From: Octopus bimaculoides
Taxonomy: Eukaryota
Length of the DNA stretch: 64,000 bases
Reading direction: 5' to 3'
Assembly (NCBI RefSeq): GCF_001194135.2
Contig: NC_068993.1
Location: 3,276,573 to 3,340,572, forward strand
The position numbers and the translations under genes were made by a program. The notes beneath the pieces are model-generated. The model did not search any database and was not told the origin of the DNA. It saw nothing but the letters and a program-made list of their open reading frames with translations. This document shows positions 52,707 through 64,000 of the stretch, piece after piece. How positions within the stretch are numbered: the stretch's first letter is position 1; every line of letters starts with the position of its first letter.

Positions 52707-55065
52707 ATGTACCACGTCCTTGCGGTGTTGTTTTTCTTTTGTGTTTGTACTCCGTTTTTTTATTATTATTGACTATGAAGGTATGTGAAAATATTGAAAT
52801 ATACATACTGATCTCAGAGATTCCGGTGCTCTTTATTCTTATGATGAAATGAAATTTTCACAGTTTGCTATGGCAAGATTTAATTAAATTTTATATAAAA
52901 TGTGATAGAAAATTATACGAAGAAACAATAAGTTTTTATATAATTAAAGAATAATGAGAAACTATTCTCCCTCCCCATCAACTTTTTTTTATTGTTCTAT
53001 ACATATTTTTTGTAAAGGTCATATTTATTTGAATCAATCTTACAAAAAATTAAATACAATAGAGTATGAGAATTCTAAAACTAATTTCTCTGTCTAAAAT
53101 TTTATTAAAAATATTAAGTAATTAAATGCAAAATCTAGATTTAATTTTGTTTTCAATTCTCTGTTTATTTTGCTGTTGTTGTACGTGTTGTTTGGGTAAA
53201 CCCTTTTTGGTTTGATTCTATAATATTTCACTGCAACAAATCCCCCTCTTTTACTGTAACAAAATTCGTTATTTGGAAGGAAAACAGAATTAATAAGGTG
53301 TTGATATATNNNNNNNNNNNNNNNNNNNNNNNNNNNNNNNNNNNNNNNNNNNNNNNNNNNNNNNNNNNNNNNNNNNNNNNNNNNNNNNNNNNNNNNNNNN
53401 NNNNNNNNNNNNNNNNNNNNNNNNNNNNNNNNNNNNNNNNNNNNNNNNNNNNNNNNNNNNNNNNNNNNNNNNNNNNNNNNNNNNNNNNNNNNNNNNNNNN
53501 NNNNNNNNNNNNNNNNNNNNNNNNNNNNNNNNNNNNNNNNNNNNNNNNNNNNNNNNNNNNNNNNNNNNNNNNNNNNNNNNNNNNNNNNNNNNNNNNNNNN
53601 NNNNNNNNNNNNNNNNNNNNNNNNNNNNNNNNNNNNNNNNNNNNNNNNNNNNNNNNNNNNNNNNNNNNNNNNNNNNNNNNNNNNNNNNNNNNNNNNNNNN
53701 NNNNNNNNNNNNNNNNNNNNNNNNNNNNNNNNNNNNNNNNNNNNNNNNNNNNNNNNNNNNNNNNNNNNNNNNNNNNNNNNNNNNNNNNNNNNNNNNNNNN
53801 NNNNNNNNNNNNNNNNNNNNNNNNNNNNNNNNNNNNNNNNNNNNNNNNNNNNNNNNNNNNNNNNNNNNNNNNNNNNNNNNNNNNNNNNNNNNNNNNNNNN
53901 NNNNNNNNNNNNTCCTTCTCTAATTAAAAATGTCCATATAGAAATATGGTGGAACTCGAAGCAATTCAGTGAAGCTACATAAAGAAGATTGTCCCTATGT
54001 GACATGTCAGCTACTGGGAGAGGTTGAAAAAGTTAAGACTCTACCTCTAATACACAGGAATAATCTGCAATGATATACAGCTGGAAAGAACTGTTAACTT
54101 GCACATGCAACTCACCCGCACACAAATAAATGTCAGAACTCACGTTAATGGCTTATACATTATACTTTCCTCAGCTCACGCTATATTACTTATTTGTCCA
54201 TGTATGATCTCTGTCTGTCCTCTCTCTTTGTCTCCACGCGCACACACACAAACATGTATATACCTGAATTTCTTTGTCTCTAGCTTCAAGTTTCTTGCCA
54301 CTGTAACCTATTTAATCCTTTGCAACGTTGACGGTGACAGTATAAATATTTTGCCTTTGAGATTCAATAAGGAAAAAACATTCTTATTACAGGCACCAAA
54401 CCAAAGATCTAAGCCCTTGGTCTCTGCAGATCTCTAGTTTATTTCTGGCAAAAATTTCAGGCCTTTTTACTCTCTTGCACATGTATAAAAAATTTTTAAT
54501 AACGTTATGAATTTTCAAATTATTAAAATATATATGTTCAATTAATTAAAATTGCTCTCTCGTACCTTCCTCATGTATGGTAGCTGGTGCTTAATTAAAT
54601 GTACATCATCAAGAATGAGACTTTGGAAAATTTTCCATTATTACAGATATAATTGTCATGTATGTCTCCCTTCTTAACTCGAGGGATTAAGAATTTCAGT
54701 CTTTCACAATTGCTGCCAGTAGTTTAGGTGTTGCGTTAAATCGATTTTCTTTGTTTGGGATCATTGGATTGTCTCCAGCTTAATAGAAAGACGATTGAGA
54801 ACAAATTTCTTCCAACCACCATGACTACTAGTCCTCTTGTTCTAAATATCCTCAGAATTCATCTTATATCTCTTGTGAGGTTAGCTGTGAATAATTGCCT
54901 ATTTGGTAATTCTTTGGCAATGCTAGCAGAGCACAGCACAAGTTCGCCTTGTCTTCACACCGTCTGCATACGTGTATTGTATAGTACCTACATGAGCCTG
55001 AAAATCTCTCGTTAGTCCTGCCAGTTCTTGTTTACTTTGGAAAAGGTGATTTAATTATTAATATT

Positions 55066-55447
55066 TTTTTCTACTCTAGGCACAAAATCCGAAATTTTTG
55101 ATTAGATCGACCCAATATGCAACAGGTACTGAATTTATCGAGCCCGAAAGGCAAAGTTGACCTCGGCGGAATTTGAACTCAGAACGTAAAGCCAGATTAA
55201 ATACAATTAAGCATTTTGCCCAATGTGTTAACGTTTCTGCCAGCACACCACCTTCATTTAATTATTAATATTACTGTTACCACTTTGCCTTTCAAGGTAG
55301 CAACCTGGCAGAATCGTTAGCACACCGAAAAAAATTTTGTCTACATTTATGTTCTGATTTCAAATTCCTGCACTATCGACTTTACCTTTCCTCCATTCAA
55401 ATGAAATGAGTACTAGCTGAGCAGTCAATATAATCGATTATTGACCT
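55066..55447. mobile_element. Head-to-head family B SINE pair: 55066-55256 (-) and 55295-55447 (+)
   Basis: TTCTACTCTAGGCACAA...GACCTCGGCGGAATTTGAACTCAGAACG...TTCTGCCAGC, followed by CCTGGCAGAATCGTTAGCACACCG. Confidence 0.8.
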
Positions 55448-58400
55448 AAAGCAGAAAGAATTACTACTTCCCATTCTTGTAATAATCTTTCATTTGTTTT
55501 TTTTTTCAATATTTATGTTTTGCATTGTTAATTCCATTATTTGTAATATGGGTGATTAAAGTAGTAAATAGAATTGTTGTTGTTTGTTAATGATAAGGCT
55601 TGACGAAACAGACGTATTATCAATGACACTCCACTTGTCACCTCTACGTCTTTTGTAGATTATCTAGTTCACCCCTTCAATCAAATGACTGAATGCATTT
55701 TTTTAATGGTCAAGCAAACACATCAAATACTTCCCATTCCATTGTTGATGTTTTTGTTGAGGTAAACATTCTTCCGGTATGTGGCATTATCGTTTTGACT
55801 CCTATGAGCCAAAATACCGCTGCTTAATTCACAAACGATAATTATAACTGCAGTTTTCGAATGTTCGTGTGTAAAATCATTTTCTATTTTAATGATTTTG
55901 TCCAGTCGCCTTGTGTGTACATTTAACATGATGTATGAGCAAGAAAATTCGTTTATCTTGTCTTATATTTGTAGTGTGAAGCCTTCCTTGAAATGCATAA
56001 CTCTTTCAATCTCCTGTGAATTCCCCGTGAGAAGATTGTTGCGAGATACCCTATGCCTAAGCAAAAATACAAATTCCTTTATTTACGAAATCTATTTTGT
56101 CTTTTTGAAAATAAAAGCTTAAACGCAAACGGAGAAAACAAGATTATTCTAAAGATGGTTAGAGAGGAAAAAAAAAAAAAAAATTGAAACGATACTGCAA
56201 AATCGAGAAAAAATAAGTTCGTTCTATATTGAATTCAAAAGTCACGTGATACTCTTTTTAACTCTTCTGCTAAAAAAAAAAACCTATTATGCAAATATAT
56301 CTGAAATGGCAATCTCCCAAAAGATTAACTACTTCCATGAATGTATGCTTTACTTTGCAAAACATGTTATATAAGTTTCGCTCCGTTAAAAAAGTATGAT
56401 GAAAAATAACTTGAAATATTGAATTAAATTCTAGAAATAATTCACAATGCAACCGACGAATGTAAATGGAGAAAATAACACATTTCAGGTCTAATATATC
56501 GTTTAGATTAATGAAAGTTCATACAAATACGTGATTGAACAATAACATTATGTAATATTTAGTTTTGTATGGCAAAGAGAATTAGCAGAGAAAGAAAGGA
56601 AGAAACTTGGTTTTGTTGATTTTGCAAATGTGTGAGAGAGCGTGTGTGCACGCATGCGTGCAGACATTAACGTGAAATTGATGCAATATTAAAGCAAGTT
56701 TGAGAATAATAACGGAACATATACTGAGTGCAGAACCTAATACTGACAGTTAAGTCAAATAAATGTATTGTAAGAGTCGTGTTTACTGGCAGTTATCATA
56801 GATACATATATATATATATATATATATAGATAGATTCAGATGAATATGGTACTTAAGTTGAGGCGCCAGAATTTAGTACAGTATTATCCATGCAATTTCA
56901 AAATAAGGTGATTAAAATCAAAATAAGCTACAAGGATATCCAGAGGTAATGCAGTACAATCGTTTCAAGCAACTCCATTTAATCGAACAATGCAATCATT
57001 ACATCGATTTAAATGCAGAGCAATCCTCAGCTGCATAAAGACATAGAATTTATTTAAATTAAAACAGATGGACACAGTGTAATTTTACCTAAAATCTCCA
57101 AGAAGGTAAGGAGAGCGACAAAGAACATGCTACCTTCACTTCAGCTTAGAAGTATATGGATGTATAAATGCCCAAACGCAAGCTGCATAGCGCGCGTACA
57201 CTCTCTCATACAAGCATCCGTGAAAATGTAAGCATATGCACAAGTGTGGTTTGGTGCACTCATGATCACAAGGCGGGTTCTATATCTATTTGATGTTTTT
57301 GAGAATGGGGATGTTAAAAGTATACTTAAGTCATCCATTCTTTAATAGTTACTCAAATTCATTCCCACTGCATTGTGAGGGAAAAGATAGGAAGGAGAGA
57401 ACAGAGACATTAAGAAGGAAAGAAAATGAACAAGATGTAGAAATGTTTCAACAATTTCTCTCTATATCTACATGTAGATATTACTCTGAACTTCAGTTGT
57501 TCCTGGCAATCAATAACACACACACAAACATAGAAGATACAAATGCATACACGCATTCAGCTCACCTCATTCTCATTGTTTTTTTCTTTCTTTCTTCTAT
57601 GCCTTGACAGCTTCATTGGATCGTTGGACAAAGTACCTTATATACTTGCCCCGCTTTACGTCCTCAATTCAAACACCACAGGGTTCAACTTTATTTTTCA
57701 TCCGTTCGGACTCAATAAAATAAAAATACCATCCACGTACTGGTGTCAAGTAACCCCTCTTCTAAATTAATGGTCTTTGTTCTTTTCCTATATTAAAAGA
57801 AATCCTTATATAAGAATCAAACCGCAATCCACATCAATGTTTGTCTGGGATAGATTCTTTATTATACAATTCTGTCAGAGAATTTATAGAATCTAAGGAA
57901 ACCTTTGATGACAAAGAATATTATATCAAAACTAAGTCGATATCTATCTCTCTATATAATTTCTCTCTCTCTATCTATGTATCTACACACACACACCACA
58001 CTCTCACACGCATATATAAGAAATTAGATATGCCATTTAATTATTTAATATTATTAATGTATAATTTGCATGTATCATGTCTATTATATGGTGAGTTTTC
58101 GTCATAGCGGCTTTGCGTTGTGCACCTATTCTTTTCAACCTTAATAGAATGATTTTAATGGAAACAAAACACTGCAGAAATAAATAACAAAAACAAGGTG
58201 AAGAGGCTTGAAATTTATATCTGTAACATTAGTGCATGGACACAATCAAGTTAAAATATGCTTAATGCGTATAAATGTTTCTGGAAATGTCACTATGAAA
58301 GTCATATTTTAAATGTTATATCCAGAAGGGAATTAGGTATCATAAAGTTTTAGCATAATTGATGCGTGAATTAGTAAGAGAAAGCATTAGAGAGAGACAA

Positions 58401-58922
58401 GTACTTTAGTAAAGGGTTAATGATTTCGAGAACTACTAACAGCGATGACAAAGAGTTAATAATGTTCAACACAACTACTCTTTCCGAGTTTATCAGTTCT
58501 GATCACTTTACGGTCAAAATGTTTTTTAATAATCGTGTCTATTAAATGAGTGAGGCTCTCCGTTGGTTTCTTTATTTAGCTTTTGACGCGGGGACGTTGT
58601 TGCTGTGCTGTTTTGGTGTTGTTGTTACTGTTGTAATTGCTGTTTTTAACCTTTGGCTTTCCAAAGCTGTTGTTATTTTGTGGAGGTCAACTCTGATCGA
58701 GCAGAGCTATTATAAAAATCATTCCATTCATCACCATCCGTCTGCTCTTTATGTTTGTTTTCAGACGTATCTTAACTTGTTAAATATGATTTGAGTAGAA
58801 TTTGAATGCTATTTCAAGGAGTGCAAACGATACATATAGAGACTCCCTCAATGACCGGATAGCAGACCACTCCCTACAATTAACAAATTGATCGGTTAAG
58901 TACTAGAGACTAATATGCATAT

Positions 58923-59142
58923 GGGGTGGCGAGCTGGCAGAATTACTCGCATGCCGGACAAAGTGCTTAGCGGCATTTCGTCCGTCTTTAGATTATGAGT
59001 TCAAATTCCGCCGAGGTCATCTTTGCCTTTCATCCTTCCAGAGGTCAATAGAATAAATACCAGCTGACCAATGGGGTCGACGTAATCGACTAGTCTCCTT
59101 CTCTGAAATTGTTAGCCTTGTGACAAAACTTGGAATCAGTAT
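58923..59142 (+). mobile_element. SINE family B, full length
   Basis: GGTGGCGAGCTGGCAGAA...GAGTTCAAATTCCGCCGAGGTC...GGGGTCGACGTAATCGACTAG...GCCTTGTGACAAAA. Confidence 0.85.
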
Positions 59143-59819
59143 TAGTACGCATATAACTCTCACTGGGATACTAAAGCTCCAACGAGAGAAATTTCATTAG
59201 CTAGAGAGGGGGATTGAACCAATGGTTTTCCTTGTTATTCATTGTTTGTTTGTTTATCTATTTTGTGTTGCCTTGCTGTGCCAAATTGAATTTCTCTTTC
59301 CACGAAAATCTACACGTCATAAACTAGCGTCCTGTTCATTAGTAGATTTATATCTCATCAGCTAATTAATACACAAAATTGAAGATAATCAACAGACCCA
59401 TGGATTGTAGTGAATTGCAAACGATTAGCAGTGCAAAAAAAAAAAGAGAAGAAAAATCAAACACACAAACAAACAATAAGAAAAACGTACAAACAAACCC
59501 ACGCAATTATCAACGTAAATGATACTGAGATGTGGTGAGTGAGGGTTTTATGTTTATGCTGCTATCATGAATATCGTTACAACACCTTCATGACAAACAT
59601 TCATTTTACGAGAGATTTTCTGATGAATATTTATCATTAATTAACTAGAAAAGATGTTTTGTTCCTTTAAATATTTATGAATATTCATCCCATGTTTCTC
59701 TCTTATTTTTTTCGTCTCGTTTTAATAGTTTTTAAGTGGTTTTCAAATAAAACTCCTTTTATATCAAATAAATTGTTTTATTTTATTAAAATATGTTACT
59801 CTGATGATTTCTCATTATT

Positions 59820-60440
59820 TAGCCTCCTGCTACTATTACTCCGAATCGTCATGGTGAGGAGGATGATGATGATGATGACAATGACCATCATCATCATTAT
59901 CAGCAGCAGCGGCAGTAGGAGCAGCATCGTCAATGTTGTCATCATCATCATCACTACCGTCACTGCCATCATCACCTTCATGAGCAAGATAATCTCGTCC
60001 GCCTCCTTTGCCATCTGAGATCGAATCCGAATGAGGTTAACTTTGAGCTTCATCTCTCGGAGGTTCAATCAAATAAAATATCAGTCAGTTATCGGGATTG
60101 CTTTTGCAAATCATCCCTGATGTGAATATAAATATTTTAGAAAACAATCTTGCTATCATAATCCCTTTGTGTCATCTCCTCAAGATGATAATAAAGTATG
60201 GTGATGACGACGACATTTAGAAGGAGAAGGGGTGGAAACGATGATAATAATTACGAAGGGGAAGTATAAGAGGAGGGGGAAGTTGGTGACGACATCAACA
60301 ATGATGATGATGACAACGATAAAAGTAACGATGACTGAGAAACGAAACGTTGACTATGACAATGGTGATGGTGGTCGTGATAGTGGTTTTGGTGCTGTGT
60401 TTTGAAATGGTGGTGGTGGTGATATTCACGTCGATGATAT
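59820..60440. repeat. Decayed (CAT)/(GAT)/(GGT) low-complexity region
   Basis: Directly visible. Confidence 0.85.
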
Positions 60441-60694
60441 CCAGATTAAGTGATACCGCTCCTTTCCCGTCATATTTCAGCAATGCTCTAACTATTCTTC
60501 TACGTTACATTTGCTCAACAAGCTTCAAATATATCGCCATTACTAGCGATATTGATACTTATAAGAATCTTCTCACTACCATTGCTACATCACAACTGGA
60601 TCGATGCCAAGAATCAAATCAGTGATACGAAACAATGTCTGAATCTACATACATATCAATTTGCACAGTATCAGTAACAGACAATCTCACCACA

Positions 60695-60837
60695 AACACA
60701 CACACACACGTAAAGGTATGCATATACATACATACAAACACACACATATATATATATATTTATACACATACCCATATATATATAGATACACACACACACA
60801 CACATATATATATATACATACGCATATATGCATATAT

Positions 60838-60882
<45 letters not shown>
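60695..60882. repeat. Representative (CA)n/(TA)n compound microsatellite; similar tracts at ~625, 1270, 3805, 6400, 7660, 10430, 23270, 23440, 24550, 27706, 28240, 30060, 35130, 42660, 49700, 52465, 62280 and 63955; (CT)n at 9895; (GA)n at 44350
   Basis: Directly visible dinucleotide repeats. Confidence 0.95.
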
Positions 60883-60885
<3 letters not shown>

Positions 60886-61714
60886 CAATAGAGCGACGGG
60901 AAAGGAGGGGAGCTGAACACATTGTAAATGAGGCTTATCTTGTGCTAAAGGGAATGGAATTCCAATAGAGCTTGATCTGTGTTTTGGAGCAAAACTGTTG
61001 AAAGAAATTTCATTTTTATATCTCTTACAGTTTTTAGTTGTAAAACAGAAAATATTCGTTTTCTATAGATTGTTGCTGATGAGAACGATACACACACGTC
61101 TGCAGAAACAAGGTAATCTCCGCATTTCAGGTTCTTTATGACCATGGGAAAACTTGAATGCTGCGTCATAAGGCTTCCATAAGTAAAGAACATTATTATA
61201 TGATTTATAAACACTTTATATACATTCCCACATTTTTATTATAATGTGGTTGTTGTATTATTCTTGACATGGTGGCTGTATTGACTGAAATTTATGAGAC
61301 AATTTAATCCAAATCGAATTTGTGTGCATAGTTCAGGAGACATGCTGTGACAGATGCAATTGTGCCACTGTGTTACTGTGTCACGGTGCCAACTAAAACT
61401 TGGCGTGAATTCAACATCTGAGAGGAAGAAAAATACACAAGCAGACTCCATTTCAAATAGTTGAATATCTTTCTGTACAGAAAATGTTTAAATTCACATT
61501 GTATTTGCTATCGTAGCAAATGCTTATATACATACATACATGTGTGTGTGTGTGTGTATACATACATATATGCATCACGCACATATAACAAGCATCTGAG
61601 ATATTTGCGAGCTCTCCTGTTTGCAATATCTCGGATGCAGCTGTACAGATGTCCTCTCGGGGCTAAAAAATCATAGTAAAGTCCGTTCGAATGGACAGCC
61701 ATGTTGAAGGAGGC

Positions 61715-61920
61715 TAAACATAGAGGGGGCAAACAAGGACAGACAAAGGGATTAAGTCAATTACATCGACCCCAGTGCATAACTGGTACTTATTTAATCG
61801 ACCCCGAAAGGATGAAAGGCAAAGTCGACCTTGGCGGAATTTGAAGTCAGAATGTAAAGGCAGACGAAATACTGCTAAGCATTTCGCCTGGTGTGCTAAT
61901 GATTCTGCCAGCTCACTGCC
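61715..61920 (-). mobile_element. SINE family B (variant 3' end)
   Basis: ATCGACCCCGAAAGGATGAAAGGCAAAGTCGACCTTGGCGGAATTTGAA...ATTCTGCCAGCTCACTGCC. Confidence 0.85.
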
Positions 61921-61974
61921 ATGTGTGTGTATATATATACCCACACACACACATATATGTATGTATATATGTGA

Positions 61975-62250
61975 AAGGGCGTGGCCTAGTTGTAAGGTTA
62001 TCTCACTCACAATTGCTACATCATGAGTTCGATTTATGGACCGGGTGGCACGTTTAACTCTTCAGCAAAACACTTCATTTCACATGGCTCCAATTCACCC
62101 ACCGGCAACGGTTAACCCTATGATGAATAGCCTTTTAGCCAGGGAGAATGCTGGCCCACTTGCCTACTCATCCGGATGATGTCATTCGAACATTAAAACA
62201 ATGTGAAGCGCATTGTGACCAATGATGTATAACCACATCTGGTAGATACC
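61975..62250 (+). mobile_element. tRNA-headed SINE, family D-like, diverged
   Basis: GTGGCCTAGTTGTAAGG (A-box-like) and GAGTTCGATTT (B-box-like), followed by a body different from families A-C. Confidence 0.55.
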
Positions 62251-62358
62251 TTGATGTACGCGTGCACATGTATATACACATAAGAATATATATGCATATA
62301 TATATATATAGAGAGAGAGAGAGAGGGAGAGAGAGAGGGAGAGATACACATGTATATA

Positions 62359-62451
62359 CTGGAACCTGGTGCAGCCTTCTGGTTTGCCAGTCCCCAATCA
62401 AATCATCCAACCCATGTTAGCATGGTAAGCGCACATTAAACGACAATGAAG

Positions 62452-62452
<1 letters not shown>
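62359..62452 (+). mobile_element. RTE-type 3' tail, 5'-truncated
   Basis: CTGGAACCTGGTGCAGCCTTCTGG...CAACCCATGTTAGCATGG...ATTAAACGACAATGA aligns with 1410-1505. Confidence 0.7.
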
Positions 62453-62478
<26 letters not shown>

Positions 62479-62482
<4 letters not shown>

Positions 62483-62776
62483 AGGTGTAATGGCTTAGTG
62501 GTTAGGGCATTCGACTCACGATTGCAAGGTTGTGAGTTCAATTCTCGGCGACGTGTTGTGTCCTTGAGCAAGATACTTTATTTCACGTTGCTGCACTCCA
62601 CTCAGCTAGCTGAGTAGTACCTGTATTTCAAAAGGCCAGCCTTGTCACACTGAATCTCTCAGAGAACTACGTTGTGTCTGTGGATTGTTCAGTCACTTGC
62701 ACGTTACTTTCACAAGCAAGCTGTTTCACTGATCATGTCAGCTGGGACCCTCGTCGTCGTAACCCAGAGAGTGCTC
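62479..62776 (+). mobile_element. tRNA-derived SINE family C, full length
   Basis: A box TGGCTTAGTGG (62491), B box GAGTTCAATTC (62534), CORE-like GTGTCCTTGAGCAAGATACTT; a second copy lies at 36264-36470 (-). Confidence 0.85.
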
Positions 62777-63962
62777 ATTTTATATATCTAGGGTGGCTAA
62801 AATTCCCACGATACATGGACGAGTTCTCTCCAGTGGTCTTTGTTACTAATCATGGCTGCTATGTCCTGTGTCTCCCAGGCATAAACATTTATATGCGCAT
62901 GTATGTGTGTGTACACGGAAAGGGAAACAGCGTAAGATTGATATTATTGTTATGGAATAGAATTTTCAATGTTTGAGTGTAAAATGAGAGTTTTAATTAC
63001 TGCTATGCTTGTTCGTAGCAACACATGTTGATCTCCAAATTTGTAAAGTTTTCCAAAACAACATCAATGCTTAAACACACAAAAACAGTTCCCAGAATAA
63101 ATTCAGATATAAAAAAAATATAAGTGTAAAAACAAAAATAACAATTTATCATTAATGTTTTCAAAAAGGGAAGGAAAAGCTAAAAAAGACAAAAGACAAA
63201 AAAAACACGGAGAAGAAAAAGGTAAAAAAGAAAATCTACAATGAAAGAAAACAGAACGAAAGAAGAAATTTAGGAATAATTCGAAGAAAGATCATTGTGA
63301 ATAGAATAGAGAAGAAAGAGAAAAAGAAAAGTAAACAGGACGAATAATACAGAAAACTGAAAGAGAAAGGAAATATTGACAGAAAATTAACAAAGAATTA
63401 GCTAACCATATTTTAGACTTTGCATTGCTTTCTGAACTAAATAATCATATTCCAAACATCGGAATTGCAAATTACTTTTTCTCCCTCACACCTTAACTGG
63501 TCTTTTTCCATTTAGAACACATAGAGCGCAATGAATAGCAGCTGGACAAATTATTAAGCAGGTGTACAAATAAAAATTCAAGACAATAATGTGACATTCT
63601 CTGAAATTAAAAATTATAATGATAAAAAAAAACAAATTAAACAAAAATTATAATAATAATAATAATGCATAATGGTTTTTCTTTTTGAATACTTTTTCAA
63701 ATAAACTTAATAAACTGAAAACAAACTGAATATTTTGTTGCCTAATTTGAAGTTAATTTCTTCATCAAAGTCATTTAAGACGTCATAGAGTAGATTGATT
63801 TATTCAATTATATACGGTGTGATTCCTACGTACACACCGATACATTATATACAATCTTTCACGCTCCCTTTTACTCTTAGACTAATACGCACTCCTTGGA
63901 CGCATGTGTACACACATACATACACACAATGAAATATCTGTCTACTTGTCTTTATGTGTGTG

Positions 63963-64000
<38 letters not shown>

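Noticed and set aside
56647-56662. 16-bp perfect palindrome TGCACGCATGCGTGCA
   Set aside because: It sits within alternating purine-pyrimidine microsatellite-like sequence, where such palindromes arise trivially.
61075-61115. CTGATGA...GAAAC spacing suggestive of another hammerhead
   Set aside because: Stem II cannot close next to GAAA, and there is no stem I or III pairing.
1-64000. ORFs in the supplied track (e.g. YIYIYI, CVCVCV, poly-L/S/H/F and X-filled ORFs)
   Set aside because: They are translations of microsatellites, low-complexity tracts or N gaps. Apart from the mariner fragment, none shows a recognisable domain.
1-64000. CRISPR array, rRNA, prokaryotic operon or viral insert
   Set aside because: No regularly spaced repeat-spacer array, no rRNA-like conserved sequence and no gene-dense segment anywhere in the window.

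Overview
AT-rich, repeat-dense eukaryotic DNA with six assembly gaps. The interspersed repeat families and the extreme (TA)n/(CA)n/trinucleotide load look like a coleoid cephalopod, probably Octopus; this is my recognition of the families, not a database result. I cannot support any intact host protein-coding gene. The ORF track is almost entirely microsatellite, low-complexity or N-gap artefact. The window is best read as a large intron or intergenic region. It holds over 20 copies of at least four tRNA-derived SINE families, RTE-type 3' tails ending in (GAT)n, a decayed RTE ORF fragment, a decayed mariner transposase fragment, DNA-transposon-like ends and several foldback or palindromic structures. 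The most interesting signal is an element reconstructed from 40603-40976 and 52291-52460. It joins a tRNA-like Pol III head to a Penelope-type minimal hammerhead ribozyme motif, and one copy carries an inverted duplicate of that ribozyme tail. All repeat boundaries are approximate (by eye).
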